DNA of 59,732 bases from an uncultured Acidimicrobiales bacterium (lineage in GTDB: Bacteria; Actinomycetota; Acidimicrobiia; Acidimicrobiales; UBA10347): the NCBI GenBank assembly GCA_943788915.1, contig CALSSD010000007.1, forward strand, positions 186,001 through 245,732. Direction: 5' to 3'. This document shows, piece by piece, positions 46,655 through 57,482 of this stretch. The position numbers were made by a program, and so were the translations under genes. Below the pieces are notes generated by a model. That model ran no database searches and was not told the origin of the DNA. It saw only the letters and a program-made list of their open reading frames with translations. Every line of letters starts with the position of its first letter. Positions within the stretch are counted from its first letter, which is position 1.

Positions 46655-47743
46655 ATGTCAGTGACTCGAACTCTTTATCTGCATATGGGCCATGCAAAGA
46701 CAGGGAGCAGTTGGATCCAAACCAGCCTGCGAATGAGTCAGGACGCTCTTGCCGCTCATGAGATTCGCTATGCAGAAGGAGATCGACTGGCGGTCGACGC
46801 TGATCGTCGGATCACTTCGGGAAACGGAGTTGGGCTTCTCGATTCTGAGGCGTCGATGGCCGCTCGACTGGGTCGTAGTGACATCGCACCGGATGCATCC
46901 ATCTTGTTTTCACGTGAGCACTGGGGCTCTGATCTCGATCCGAGTCTTGCCAGCCACCTGTCTCGCATCGCCGAGCAGCATGGTTTCGAGCGAGTCTCCG
47001 TCCTGTTGTTCATCAGAGATCCGATAGGCCATGCCTCCTCAGCATGGCAGCAGGCGGTGAAGAGAGGCGGTAGGTGCCAGCGCATCGAAGACTTCTACCG
47101 TGAATACGCATTCCCCCAAAATGTCGCACGCACCTTGGAGACGTTGGCCAAATGCAACGGCGTGGAAGTCCGGGTCCGCAACTACTCGCGATGCAAGGGA
47201 CGTCTGTTGGAGGAGACCGCCGCTTGGCTGGACCTGCCTGAAGACAGCCTGCAGCGGCCAACAGTTACGCGTGTCAACCGTTCGATGACGCGGGCCGAAC
47301 TGGCCTTGCAGATGGGCCTAAATAGTCAACTAGGCGCTTCAGGGCGGCTGCTATCGGACCCGTTGTGCGAGCAACTAACCGATATCGAACCCGACGTGAT
47401 CCGACCGTCTCTATCAGTCCAAGAACACTGCTGGAACGCACTTTCTGACGTGATCGAACGGGTGAACGCCTATGTTCCCCAGGAGCACCGATATCAATAC
47501 GATCCAGTTGCACCTGACCAGGCTGGTGGCCTCATGACGGTGAGCGAAGATCAACTGAGGGTCGCTGGCGAGTCGCTCGGCGCTGAGATCGCCCGGCTCA
47601 GAGCTAACAACGCATCGCTTAGAGCCACAATCGACCGGTCACCTTCAACGACGCTGGCCCGGGCCGCCCGCTTTGCGAAGCGCGGCCCGACGGCTTGGGT
47701 TGACCGAATTCGCCACGAGGCAGGCGTGCGGCGGAGCGTCTGA
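46655..47743 (+). CDS. Sulfotransferase-fold (P-loop) protein
   Basis: LYLHMGHAKTGSSWIQ 5'-PSB-like motif; LFIRDP...SAWQQAVK 3'-PB-like motif; RVNRSM. Confidence 0.7.
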   Translation: MSVTRTLYLHMGHAKTGSSWIQTSLRMSQDALAAHEIRYAEGDRLAVDADRRITSGNGVGLLDSEASMAARLGRSDIAPDASILFSREHWGSDLDPSLASHLSRIAEQHGFERVSVLLFIRDPIGHASSAWQQAVKRGGRCQRIEDFYREYAFPQNVARTLETLAKCNGVEVRVRNYSRCKGRLLEETAAWLDLPEDSLQRPTVTRVNRSMTRAELALQMGLNSQLGASGRLLSDPLCEQLTDIEPDVIRPSLSVQEHCWNALSDVIERVNAYVPQEHRYQYDPVAPDQAGGLMTVSEDQLRVAGESLGAEIARLRANNASLRATIDRSPSTTLARAARFAKRGPTAWVDRIRHEAGVRRSV

Positions 47744-47900
47744 GCGCAGCGAGATCCTAGTGCCGATGAGTAGCCGACAGGAGAGCTGGACAAGTTGAGT
47801 CGAGTCGCGCTTCGGGTACCCGTCCAGTGATGCGCCAACACGGAGCTCTGTACCGCCACCAGACCCGTCACTTTGGACGAGCCTCGAGCGCACAGTCACA

Positions 47901-48635
47901 GTGAAGAAGATAGAGCACGGCCTGCAGCGGCTTGCCGCCCGCGTCGGATTCACCTTGCATCTACCATTGAGGAGGGTGCCTGCAGGAACTACTAGGTTGG
48001 CTGCACCTTCGGTGCGAGGTTGCTTGCCAAGCCGGGCTGCCACGAACGCAGATCGAGCAGACGCAAAGGTGCTCTTCATCGCACCTGTCTACAACTACTA
48101 CCCCATACTCATCCATGCGCTTCAGGCACAGACCCACGACAATTGGGAACTACTCTTAGTCCATGATGGCCCAAATGATCTTGGTCTCGCCGCGACCATC
48201 GCAGCATTCAATGACAAGCGAATCGACTACTCGGAGACCACTCTGCGGCACAACGACTGGGGGCACAGCCTTCGTCGCTATGCGTTAGAACGAATCGCCC
48301 AAGAGAAGAGCGGCGACTACATCGTCGTAACCAATGCAGACAACTACTACGTACCCGGCTTCTTATCGCTGATGCTCAACGCTTTTGAAGACGACACAGT
48401 GGTCACGTACTGCAATGCTGTACACAGCCACCGCGGATGGACCCATCTCGATACTAGGATCGCTAGGTCATATATTGACTGCGGGGTCGTGATGGCTCGT
48501 CGTGAAGAAGCACTGTCCGTTGGGTGGACCAGTCCAGAGTTCGCTGCCGATTGGACCTACGTGGATGGTCTCGCCTCTTCCTACGGTCTTGACAGATTTA
48601 TCAAAGTGCAGCAGGCGCTTTTTGTGCACAACTGA
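47901..48635 (+). CDS. GT2-family glycosyltransferase
   Basis: IAPVYN, QTHDNWELLLVHDGP, NADNYY (DxD-like), ADWTY. Confidence 0.8.
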   Translation: MKKIEHGLQRLAARVGFTLHLPLRRVPAGTTRLAAPSVRGCLPSRAATNADRADAKVLFIAPVYNYYPILIHALQAQTHDNWELLLVHDGPNDLGLAATIAAFNDKRIDYSETTLRHNDWGHSLRRYALERIAQEKSGDYIVVTNADNYYVPGFLSLMLNAFEDDTVVTYCNAVHSHRGWTHLDTRIARSYIDCGVVMARREEALSVGWTSPEFAADWTYVDGLASSYGLDRFIKVQQALFVHN

Positions 48636-49041
48636 CCGGATAGGCATCACGAGTAACTCGTCGCCCAGCGGGGTTTGCCATTGGCGAGCGTGAGCGACGG
48701 AGAGCTGGCATCGCCCACCCACGACCTTCACTGGTTACTTGCTAAAAGGGACACCGTTGCAGGTGGACGACAGTCAGAGCCTCACCCGCTTTGTAGAACT
48801 TGCGGACACGACGGATTCCCGCACGAACTGATGTTAGACGACGCATGGGCTGGTTACCTCTCGCTTGAGCTCCCGGTTCAGATCCGTCACCAACGTGCCG
48901 GGTGCCGTGCACCTCAATCGCATCCGCGGCACTACGGTAAGGTCGCTGCGCTCGGCAACCAGTTCAAGAAGCGAACCATCCATCGCTGAACACCAGGTGA
49001 CCAGCCAGCATTACGTCAGCAGTCGATGCGTACCTAGAGCC

Positions 49042-50802
49042 CTACGCAGCGCCGTCTTGGGTTGTGACCAGCTGCATCTTGACCGCGTTGCGATAGAAGT
49101 CATTCTGCTCCATCACGACGGCCGGCGTACCGAGCGCTCGAACCGAGCCTTCTTCGAGCACCAGTAGACGGTCGCAATGGTTCAGCGTCGCCAACCGATG
49201 CGCAATGATCACGACGGTGACCGACCCTTTGAGCTGAGCCAACGTCTCTTGCACCCGCGCTTCAGACATGGCATCGAGCGCACTCGTCGGTTCATCGAGC
49301 ACGAGCAGATCTGGGCTACCTGCAAGCGCTCTGGCAATGCCGAGCCGTTGCCGCTGCCCGCCTGACAGGTCCCGGACAGCGTCGCCCACCATGGTGTTAT
49401 AGCCGTCTGAGAGCTCAAGGATTTCGTTGTGGATACCAGCAGCTTTTGCTGCAGCAATAGCTTCATCCTCGTTGATCCACGCTCGATAGAACAAGATATT
49501 GTCGAGCACAGATGCTCGCAACAATTTGGGCTGTTGCGGCACAACCGTGACTCGCCGATACCAGTCGTTTGCAGCGATATCCATTGCCGGAATGCCCGCT
49601 GCAAGATGGGTTCCAGACGAAGGTTCGCGAAGACCCAACAAGATCTGAGCCAGAGTCGACTTCCCGCTGCCGGAAGGACCGACGATGCCCAGCGTCTCCC
49701 CCGGTTCGAGTGTCACGTCCACATGACGCAGCGCATGAATTTCGCCGCCGTAGGTATACGACACATCGTGTAGCTCAATAGGGCCCAGCTCAGCGACCTG
49801 TTGGTCTCCCCGCTGGGGGGTATTGCGTTCATACAACTCGAAGGCGTCGCCTACCTGTTCGATGAAGGGGCGGTTGTTCTGGAATTGTTGCCATGAGTTC
49901 TGGATCCGTTGGCCATATCCCAGACCGCGTAACAGCAGCAGCCCAGCAACGCCGATTCGGGCGACGTCAAGCTCTTCTTGAGCGGAGGCAAAAAATGCGC
50001 CCATAAGGAGAAAAGAGAGCCCGACAGAGCGATAGAGCACAGACCCGGCGCCGGTCCAGATTGCTGCCCGTCTGCGAGCTCGGCGGACGAGCAAACCCTT
50101 TTGTCGTACTGATTCTTCTATGGTGTCGGCGACATGGTGCACTCGGATTTCCTGGGCAAGATCATGAACTTGGCCGACCTCTTCGGTAACCGCCCGCTGC
50201 TCTAAGGTCGCTGCTCTCGTGGCCTCGCGACTTCGAGTCCGCACCGGGCGCAGTGACAGCATTGAAAGTGCACCTGTGCTGACCAAAACAGCGGCAGCCA
50301 GAGGCGAAGCCAGGAATGCTCCAGTCGCAAAGATCGCCAGCGTAGCGATGGCTGAGAGCATCGACATCAACGCTGCAAGAGTCGCTGTTGAACCCACTGA
50401 CAAGGACATGAGGTTTTGCAACGAACCGCTGGTTTCGCCGGACTGGGTGGTCCAGTTCGTGCGCATATAGCCCCGGATGGCTCGCATCTGCATCTGATAC
50501 TGCCAACCAGTGGTGGCTCGGGCTGTCGCCCAGGCTGACAACATTTGGCATGAGGTCATTCCAATCAGCGCTACTATCGCGATCAGACTCAATCCCGACC
50601 GATCAAGCGCAAGATCAAATGGGCCAGTAGTGATTTCCCACAACAAATCATCGCGGGTTACGCCTTCGATAAACGCAACAATCGCCACAATCGTGGTTGT
50701 CTCGAAGAACCCGGTGATGATTGCCAAGACGGCAACGATGACGATCGCCTTGCGACGCTCGCGGAGCGGCGACGGCCTCACGGATGCTGTTCTAGAACTC
50801 AT
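49042..50802 (-). CDS. ABC exporter, fused TMD-NBD (MsbA/PglK-like glycan flippase)
   Basis: N-terminal TM helices, GPSGSGKST, LSGGQRQRLGIARAL, DEPTSALD, IAHRL. Confidence 0.9.
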   Translation of the reverse strand: MSSRTASVRPSPLRERRKAIVIVAVLAIITGFFETTTIVAIVAFIEGVTRDDLLWEITTGPFDLALDRSGLSLIAIVALIGMTSCQMLSAWATARATTGWQYQMQMRAIRGYMRTNWTTQSGETSGSLQNLMSLSVGSTATLAALMSMLSAIATLAIFATGAFLASPLAAAVLVSTGALSMLSLRPVRTRSREATRAATLEQRAVTEEVGQVHDLAQEIRVHHVADTIEESVRQKGLLVRRARRRAAIWTGAGSVLYRSVGLSFLLMGAFFASAQEELDVARIGVAGLLLLRGLGYGQRIQNSWQQFQNNRPFIEQVGDAFELYERNTPQRGDQQVAELGPIELHDVSYTYGGEIHALRHVDVTLEPGETLGIVGPSGSGKSTLAQILLGLREPSSGTHLAAGIPAMDIAANDWYRRVTVVPQQPKLLRASVLDNILFYRAWINEDEAIAAAKAAGIHNEILELSDGYNTMVGDAVRDLSGGQRQRLGIARALAGSPDLLVLDEPTSALDAMSEARVQETLAQLKGSVTVVIIAHRLATLNHCDRLLVLEEGSVRALGTPAVVMEQNDFYRNAVKMQLVTTQDGAA

Positions 50803-51010
50803 ACCACTGGGCCAATGAGAGTTAACACGTGTTTGGAGCGTACCGAAGGTTGGTCCCTTCGAACACTTTGAGAACGTGAGGTCGAGTGAAGCTTGACGGT
50901 TCGGTCTGGTGTGGGCACTTCGGTCACGGTGTTCTCAAACCTTCTGCAATTACGCGTGGCGCATTGGCTGCGAGGCGGTGCTCGATGGTCTCACAAGTAC
51001 GCTGCCAACT

Positions 51011-52090
51011 GTGACCATCCGGGTGCTGCATCTCATCAAGGGACTTGGGCCGGGCGGCGCCGAGCAACTGCTCGTAAACCAAGCCCGAGCCACAGACGCC
51101 GACGACCTCGAGTTCAGCGTCGCGTATCTGGTCAGTTGGAAGAACCACCTCGTTGAGCCGCTGAACCAGGCCGGATGGCAGGCGCATTGTCTCCAGTCGG
51201 ATCGACCGTGGGACCTTCGATGGCTGCTGCGGTTCCGTCGGCTGGTCAACCGCGAACAGATCGATGTGGTGCATGGTCACTCGCCCCTCGTCGCTGCGTT
51301 CGCTCGGCTGGTCTTGCGAACGGTGCCGCGGAAGCGCCGGCCCCGATCGATCTACACCGAGCACAACGAGTGGGGTCGACACAACAAGTGGACGCGACGA
51401 TTGAACCGCTGGACGATCAAGTCGGAAGATCACCTCATCGCTGTGTCCGATGCGGTGAAGCAGTCGATGCCCGCCGAGCTCAGCGTTGAAGTTTTGATCC
51501 ACGGCATCGATGTCGGCGCAGTGGCAGCGCAGAAAGTACACAGGGATTCCGTCCGACAAGAGCTTGGCATTACCGACGACGAGGTCGTCATCGGCATCGT
51601 GGCCAATTTCCGCAAGGAGAAGGCCTATGACCTGTTGCTTGACGCTGCGGCACAGGTCGTTGCCCAGAACCCGAAGGTGCGCTTTCTCTCGGTTGGTCAG
51701 GGTCCGCTCGAGGTCGAGATCCGAGCCCAACATGAGCGACTGGGGCTCGGCGATCGATTCCTGATTCTCGGTTATCGCGAGGATGCGACCCGCATCATGA
51801 GTGCGTTCGATATCTTCACGCTGTCGTCGTATCACGAGGGTCTGCCGGTGGCGCTGATGGAGGCCCTGGCGTTAGATCTACCCGTCGTCGCTACCGACGT
51901 CGGAGGAATTGCTACCGCGCTCGCCGACGCAACGGCCATCGTCATTGCGCCCGGCGACTCGGCAGCGCTTGCCAGCAGTTATGTCGCAATGGTTGAGAAA
52001 CACCCGATCCCGCCTGAGCCACAACCGCGATTTGAAGCAAGTGAATCGGCTCGACGGCTGGCGGAACTCTACGCCGGAGCACACCCATGA
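51011..52090 (+). CDS. GT4 glycosyltransferase
   Basis: VLHLIKGLGPGGAEQ, YTEHN, EGLPVALMEALA, VATDVGG. Confidence 0.92.
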   Translation: MTIRVLHLIKGLGPGGAEQLLVNQARATDADDLEFSVAYLVSWKNHLVEPLNQAGWQAHCLQSDRPWDLRWLLRFRRLVNREQIDVVHGHSPLVAAFARLVLRTVPRKRRPRSIYTEHNEWGRHNKWTRRLNRWTIKSEDHLIAVSDAVKQSMPAELSVEVLIHGIDVGAVAAQKVHRDSVRQELGITDDEVVIGIVANFRKEKAYDLLLDAAAQVVAQNPKVRFLSVGQGPLEVEIRAQHERLGLGDRFLILGYREDATRIMSAFDIFTLSSYHEGLPVALMEALALDLPVVATDVGGIATALADATAIVIAPGDSAALASSYVAMVEKHPIPPEPQPRFEASESARRLAELYAGAHP

Positions 52091-53199
52091 AGATCCATTG
52101 GTACTGGCCGTTCGCCCGCCCCGAGGAGCTTCATTGGGCCGAGGCCACGTGCAGCGAGGGCGAAGAACTCGTTGTTCAGGTCGTTGATCGCGAAGCAGCT
52201 CCTCCGGCTGGACCTTGGGGGCAGCACCTCCGGGTCGAGCGCAATTTGCCCGATGTCGACCGCACTGCTGCCGGTCGCGCCCAGTGGCTGGCGTCTCGGG
52301 CAAGGACCTACACCGAGCGTTCTCGAGCACGCAGCCGTTCTTGGGACGCCAACGCTCCCGATATTGCTCACATCCACTACCTCAATCGCTTCACCGACCT
52401 GCGATGGGGCGGCTCACGCCCACCCGTTCTGGTGCTGAGTGTTCACGATGTCATGCCTCATGTGCTGCGTGGACCCAGACGCATCGAGAAGCAGTTGCTT
52501 CGGCCGATCTACAACAGCGCCGATGCCCTCATCGTGCATCATGAGTTGCTGCGCACAAGGTTGCAGGACGAGTTCGACATCGACCCTGAGCGTCTTCATG
52601 TGATCGGCCACCAGGTCTTCCCGGTGCCAGAAGATCTCCGCAGCGCCAAACCGCCTGATGGCACACCAACCGTTCTTTTCTTCGGCGCTCTTCGAGCGAA
52701 CAAGGGCACCACGGTGCTGTGCAAAGCCATCGAGCTGTTGCCACCTGAGCTCGATGTTCAGTTCCACTTCGCAGGTCGCGGCGATCTCGAGGTCGAACAG
52801 GAACTCAGCCGCTTTGCGGCGACCAACTCGAGCACCACCGCCGAGATCGGGTTCATCGAATACGAGCGCAAGGCGGAGTTGTTTCGCAATGCGTCAATCG
52901 TTGTGTTGCCCTACACCGAATTCAGCTCGCAGAGTGGCGTGCTGCACGATGCCTATGGCCACGGCCGACCAGTCATCGTGACCGACGTCGGCGCACTCGG
53001 AGACACCGTCCGCGAGGACGGGACCGGGCTTGTGGTGGCGCCCTCCTCGCCGGTTGCCCTCTCGAAGGCGCTGAAACAGCTGCTCGACGCCGATGGAACG
53101 CGCAGTGAGCTCAGCGAGGCAACAACCCGGGTAGCCAACGAAAGATCACCCCAGCGACTCGGCGGGAATCTTCGGTCCATCTACCAATCGCTCTGCTGA
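52087..53199 (+). CDS. GT4 glycosyltransferase
   Basis: SVHDVMPH, FFGALRANKG, LPYTEFSSQSGVL, VIVTDVGAL. ATGA overlap with the upstream GT. Confidence 0.9.
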   Translation: MKIHWYWPFARPEELHWAEATCSEGEELVVQVVDREAAPPAGPWGQHLRVERNLPDVDRTAAGRAQWLASRARTYTERSRARSRSWDANAPDIAHIHYLNRFTDLRWGGSRPPVLVLSVHDVMPHVLRGPRRIEKQLLRPIYNSADALIVHHELLRTRLQDEFDIDPERLHVIGHQVFPVPEDLRSAKPPDGTPTVLFFGALRANKGTTVLCKAIELLPPELDVQFHFAGRGDLEVEQELSRFAATNSSTTAEIGFIEYERKAELFRNASIVVLPYTEFSSQSGVLHDAYGHGRPVIVTDVGALGDTVREDGTGLVVAPSSPVALSKALKQLLDADGTRSELSEATTRVANERSPQRLGGNLRSIYQSLC

Positions 53200-53219
53200 G
53201 CGTTGGCATACTCTTCGGC

Positions 53220-54152
53220 ATGACGACGCAGACCTACCAACAACGAGGCGATTCTGTCTATCGTTCAGCGAGACGAGTTGCTCGACGCGTAGTTCTCGCT
53301 TGGTATCGAACAAAACCAGCAAAAGCTCTGTACAGCAGTAAAGCGGCCCTTGTACTTCCACGTCGAGGATTCCATCCAGCCCGTGCCTATCGGAGCACTT
53401 CGAAGAAGAATGCCCAACAACGATTTGGACAGACGCACACTTTCACCTTCTTCATTGGCTATCCGCGCAGCGGTCACACGGCCTTAGCAGCAGCTATGAA
53501 CGGCCACCCGAACGTGCTCATCGCCCACGAGTTGGATTTCTTTCGCTGGCTCGCGCTCAACGTTTCGCCAGGCCATCTGTTGCGGCTGATAGTTGAAAGA
53601 GACCGCTGGTTTGAAAAACGAGACCGGTCCTGGGAGACATATAGCTATCGCGTCCCCGGTGGAACCTACGAGGCGTGTGCCACACGGGTAGTCGGGGACA
53701 AGATGGCGGCCATCACGACCCAAAAGCTGTTGGGTCGGCCAGAACTCTTAACACAACTCCGTTCCAAATTCGATTTTCGTATCCGCGTTATTAACGTGGT
53801 GAGAAATCCCTTCGACAATATTGCAACGGCACATCGCAAGTCGGACATGTCGCTGGACGAAACTATTGATCGGTACAGGCAGCTATCCACGGGTGTTCGA
53901 CAGGTCACTAACCAGTTGCAGACCAGCGAGCTGATCACTATCAGACACGACGAGCTCACGACATCGGCCGAATCGGAACTCAAAAGGGTGTGGGAATATC
54001 TCTGTTTACCTCGCGACGATGAGTACCTTCCAAAAGCGGCGGCATTCATCAAGCCTCCGAGTCGCAGGGCACGCGATGGGATCGCTTGGAGCGATGATCA
54101 AATCCAAGCAGTGCACTCCATCTGGAGCAACCCCGGTTTCGTTGACACCTGA
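53220..54152 (+). CDS. Sulfotransferase family protein, C-terminus replaced by IS3 insertion
   Basis: FIGYPRSGHT, HPNVLIAHE, VVRNPFDNIAT. The native tail IQEFDHLDGYHFNSG* is found after the IS at 55399-55446. Confidence 0.85.
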   Translation: MTTQTYQQRGDSVYRSARRVARRVVLAWYRTKPAKALYSSKAALVLPRRGFHPARAYRSTSKKNAQQRFGQTHTFTFFIGYPRSGHTALAAAMNGHPNVLIAHELDFFRWLALNVSPGHLLRLIVERDRWFEKRDRSWETYSYRVPGGTYEACATRVVGDKMAAITTQKLLGRPELLTQLRSKFDFRIRVINVVRNPFDNIATAHRKSDMSLDETIDRYRQLSTGVRQVTNQLQTSELITIRHDELTTSAESELKRVWEYLCLPRDDEYLPKAAAFIKPPSRRARDGIAWSDDQIQAVHSIWSNPGFVDT

Positions 54153-54190
54153 GCGCTGAGGTCCTTGAATGGATCTAGCGAGGAGTCAAC

Positions 54191-54487
54191 ATGCCAAGAA
54201 CACGTCCGGCCTATCCGGCTGAGTACAAAGCGGAACTGGTTCGCCTGGTCCGAGAAGAGGGTCGGACACCGTCTGATCTGGCTCGTGAGTTTGAGCCAAC
54301 GGGGCAGTCGATCGCGTCGTGGGTTGCCCAAGCCGATATCGATGGTGGTGCACGTGATGGACTCACCACTGATGAGAAAGCCGAGCTGAAACGGCTGCGC
54401 TCTGAGAATCGTATTCTGAAGATGGAGAAGGATCTGCTGGAAAAAGCAGCGGCCTTCTTTGCGGCGAAGAACAACCCAATCCGATAG
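54191..54487 (+). CDS. IS3 transposase OrfA
   Basis: YPAEYKAELVRLV HTH, ELKRLRSENRILKMEKDLLEKAAAFFA; SD GAGGAG; slippery GAAAAAG at 54440-54446. Confidence 0.92.
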   Translation: MPRTRPAYPAEYKAELVRLVREEGRTPSDLAREFEPTGQSIASWVAQADIDGGARDGLTTDEKAELKRLRSENRILKMEKDLLEKAAAFFAAKNNPIR

Positions 54488-54489
54488 CG

Positions 54490-55362
54490 GTGTTCGAGTT
54501 CATTCACGCGGAGAAGGCCGACTTCTCAATCAAGTTCATGTGCGAACGCCTTGGTGTCACTCGCCAGGGCTATTACGCCTGGCGCAAACGCCCACCATGT
54601 CAGCGCCGCATCGTCGACGCGGCATACACCGCTGTCATCAAACGCATCCACACTGAATCCAGGTCGACCTATGGCGCGCCCAGGATTCACGCGGAGCTTG
54701 CTGATGACTACAACATTCACTGTGGCCGCAAACGCGTCGCCCGATTGATGCGCAACGCTGGGCTTGTGGGCTGTCACCGCCGAAAGAAGGTGTGGACAAC
54801 CAAACGCAACCAGTCAGCAGCGCCCGCGCCAGATCGAGTCAAACGCGACTTCACTGCAGCTGCGCCAAACGAGTTGTGGGTAGCCGACATCACCTACGTC
54901 CCAACTTGGGCCGGGTTCGGATATCTGGCAACGGTGCTCGACGTGTTCAGCCGGCGCGTTGTGGGTTGGTCCTACGCCAATCACATGCGCACCAGCCTGA
55001 TCGTCGACGCCGTCGACATGGCGGTTGAGCAACGCAAACCTGCACCAGGCTTGATCCATCATTCGGACCAAGGCACGCAATACACCTCGATCGAGTTTGG
55101 CCGCAGGTGCCGCCAAGTTGGGATCGATTTGTCGATGGGATCGGTCGGTGATTGCTACGACAACGCAATGGCCGAATCGTTCTTCGCCAGCCTCGAGACC
55201 GAACTGTTTTACCAACACCGATTCCGCGGACACACTGACGCCCGCTACGAAATCATGCGCTACCTCGACTGGTACAACCACCGCCGCCGACACAGCGCCT
55301 TGCAAATGCAATCACCCGTCAACTACGAACAGAACTACCAAGTCGTGGCTCAAGCCGCGTAA
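54490..55362 (+). CDS. IS3 transposase OrfB (DDE), in the -1 frame relative to OrfA
   Basis: YGAPRI, WVADITY, LDVFSRRVVGW, HHSDQGTQY, DNAMAESFF, YNHRRRHS. Confidence 0.95.
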   Translation: MFEFIHAEKADFSIKFMCERLGVTRQGYYAWRKRPPCQRRIVDAAYTAVIKRIHTESRSTYGAPRIHAELADDYNIHCGRKRVARLMRNAGLVGCHRRKKVWTTKRNQSAAPAPDRVKRDFTAAAPNELWVADITYVPTWAGFGYLATVLDVFSRRVVGWSYANHMRTSLIVDAVDMAVEQRKPAPGLIHHSDQGTQYTSIEFGRRCRQVGIDLSMGSVGDCYDNAMAESFFASLETELFYQHRFRGHTDARYEIMRYLDWYNHRRRHSALQMQSPVNYEQNYQVVAQAA

Positions 55363-55556
55363 CCCAACCCTGTCAACGAGAACGGGTTAGCTCCAATCAT
55401 TCAGGAGTTTGACCATCTGGATGGCTATCACTTCAACAGCGGGTGAGACACCCTGAATCCAATGTGTTAGAGACCTAACCGCGTTCATCGCTAGTGAGCG
55501 GCCACAGGCTTCTGCGCTTTGGGGAGACAGCCGCCAACACTGGATTGCCCGAATCG

Positions 55557-56399
55557 CTAGGCCGAACTCGCCGGATCGAACGGCCTTAGATAGGTAGCGA
55601 CAGCCTGCTGCCACATCGCTTCGCTGGCCGCCATCAGATCTGGCCGGCCCTGAGTTGAATAGAAGTTGTGGTAGACCACATCGCCAAAGACCGAACCAGC
55701 AACGCCTGGCCCCTGCGACGACGTTAGCGGAACGCGGTGCAGCGCTTTCGAGCCATTGGCCAGTGACACGTTGTGGCTGAGTGCCTCACCGACGTCCATA
55801 AAGAGTCGCTTCGGAGCACTTCCAAAAGTCGGAGCGATCCCGATTGGCGCAAAGGTCACACCCAGGTCAAGAAAGTCTCGCCGGCGCATCGCCAGGAAAC
55901 AGGGGTGGATGAAGCTCCGATGAAAGTGGGCGCCAGCAACGGTTGCTCCGTTCGACAACGGCCCAAGGACGCTGTCGAGCCAGGTATCAACGATAGGAAA
56001 TGCATCGACGTCAAGTGCGATGACATGCTCAGTTTTCGCTTGGATCATCGCGATATCGAGGCCAAGCCCATGACCGATGTTCATTGGCAGCATCACCGAA
56101 CGGACCTCAGATTGCGCCTCGAGGAATTCCTTTGTGCCGTCGGTCGAATGGTTATCTATCACCAACAGTTCGACAGTCGGATCGCTGAACTGGTGAACGG
56201 CCTCGATGAGCACCTTCAGATAGGGAAGGGAGTTCCATGTCACCGTCGCGACCGTCACGCCTGTGCGCTCAGGCTGCTTCCCGGCTGTGCGGCGTTGAAG
56301 GTTCACAAACTGGGAGGCGACCGCTCGTCGACTTCGGAGATTGGTTCGGCCCAGCAGCTTTCTCGCTCGCCGTAGGCCATGATTCCACTGATCGGTCAC
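55557..56399 (-). CDS. GT2-family glycosyltransferase
   Basis: VATVTWNS, VIDNHSTDGT, ALDVDAFP. Start uncertain (GTG 56399 chosen; ORF extends to 56516). Confidence 0.82.
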   Translation of the reverse strand: MTDQWNHGLRRARKLLGRTNLRSRRAVASQFVNLQRRTAGKQPERTGVTVATVTWNSLPYLKVLIEAVHQFSDPTVELLVIDNHSTDGTKEFLEAQSEVRSVMLPMNIGHGLGLDIAMIQAKTEHVIALDVDAFPIVDTWLDSVLGPLSNGATVAGAHFHRSFIHPCFLAMRRRDFLDLGVTFAPIGIAPTFGSAPKRLFMDVGEALSHNVSLANGSKALHRVPLTSSQGPGVAGSVFGDVVYHNFYSTQGRPDLMAASEAMWQQAVATYLRPFDPASSA

Positions 56400-56541
56400 C
56401 GCATCAGGGTACAAGGCCCGCTGAGCGGCAATCGACACGCACCGGTCTGACGCGCATAGTGTTTGGTCGCTGCCATCGGCTCCTAGGTTGGTGCGGTAGG
56501 TTGCGATCGGCAGCATCGCTTCGATTCAGGAGACAGAGACC

Positions 56542-57418
56542 TTGACCAGTCAGAATCAGTTGCCCAACTTTTTCATCTTGGGTGCTGGCAGGTGTGGCAC
56601 CACTTCCTTGGCGCAGCATCTCCGAGGGCACGATCAGATCTTCATTCCGGAAATCAAGGAGCCGAGCTTCTTTGCTTCATCGTTCCAATGGGTGAGCGAC
56701 CCCGGCAAGTACATCGACCTCTATCGCGATGGGCACGAAGCTCTGGCACGGGGCGACGCGAGCCATATCTATCTTGAGGATCCGAAAAGTCCCGAGATCC
56801 TCGAAGCCTTCTTTCCTGATGCCAAATTTGTCCTGATGTTCCGCAACCCGGCCGACCGAGCGGTGGCGCTGTACGCCATGATGCTCGAGCATGGCTACGA
56901 GGTTCATCGAACGTTCGAGAAAGCGTTGGCAGCCGAGGATCGCCGTTTCGAGAGCACGAAGTTCCGCAAGACGTGCCCACAATCGTTCTGGAACTTCATG
57001 TACTACCGATCGGGGTTGTTTGGTGAGCAGGTCGCCCGGTATCTCGAACGGTGGCCCAGAGATCGCTTCTATGCGACCACCCTCTACGACTATCTAGCCG
57101 AACCCGATGTTGTCGTCGGCGAGATTCTCGGCTTCTTAGGAGTTGACGCCGCGGACCTCGGCCCAGTCCCCCGAAGCGCGTCTAGCAAGGGAAAACGTTC
57201 GGTCCCCGCTCAGTATCTTGAGCGTCGACTCTTACGGGGTACCGTTCGTTGGCGAGGCCCGGCGTCAGGTGATTGCCTGGAATCGGGGCGTTGACAAGCC
57301 GACCATGCAGGCTGACACCCGTGAGCGTCTGATGGATCTGTATCGGCCAGACCTAGCCAAGCTGAATGACCTTCTCGGTCTCGATGTCGAGGAACGCGAG
57401 TCTGCTGCACGCTCGTGA
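56542..57418 (+). CDS. Sulfotransferase (one +1 frameshift near the 3' end as sequenced)
   Basis: PNFFILGAGRCGTTSL, IKEPSFF, FRNPADRA. Deleting one G of GGGG at 57236-57239 joins to VPFVGE...LMDLYRPDLAKLNDLLG. Confidence 0.85.
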
Positions 57419-57482
57419 TCTGCTGCGCAGTGAATACTGCATCCGTTTCGCCGGATAAAAGCGCGCCTCCGGCGCTGTCAAG

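Larger units (their letters stand above)
54123..55395 (+). mobile_element. IS3-family insertion sequence, 1273 bp, 3-bp TSD ATC
   Basis: TG...CA ends; IRL TGGAGCAACCCCGGTTTCGTTGACA vs IRR revcomp TGGAGCTAACCCGTTCTCGTTGACA (21/25 match); ATC at 54120-54122 and 55396-55398. Confidence 0.95.

Noticed and set aside
48636..49041. 400-bp gap containing ORF 48675..48989 (CRTC) or a possible ncRNA
   Set aside because: No SD, no family motif and no convincing structure seen. Needs BLASTX/Infernal.
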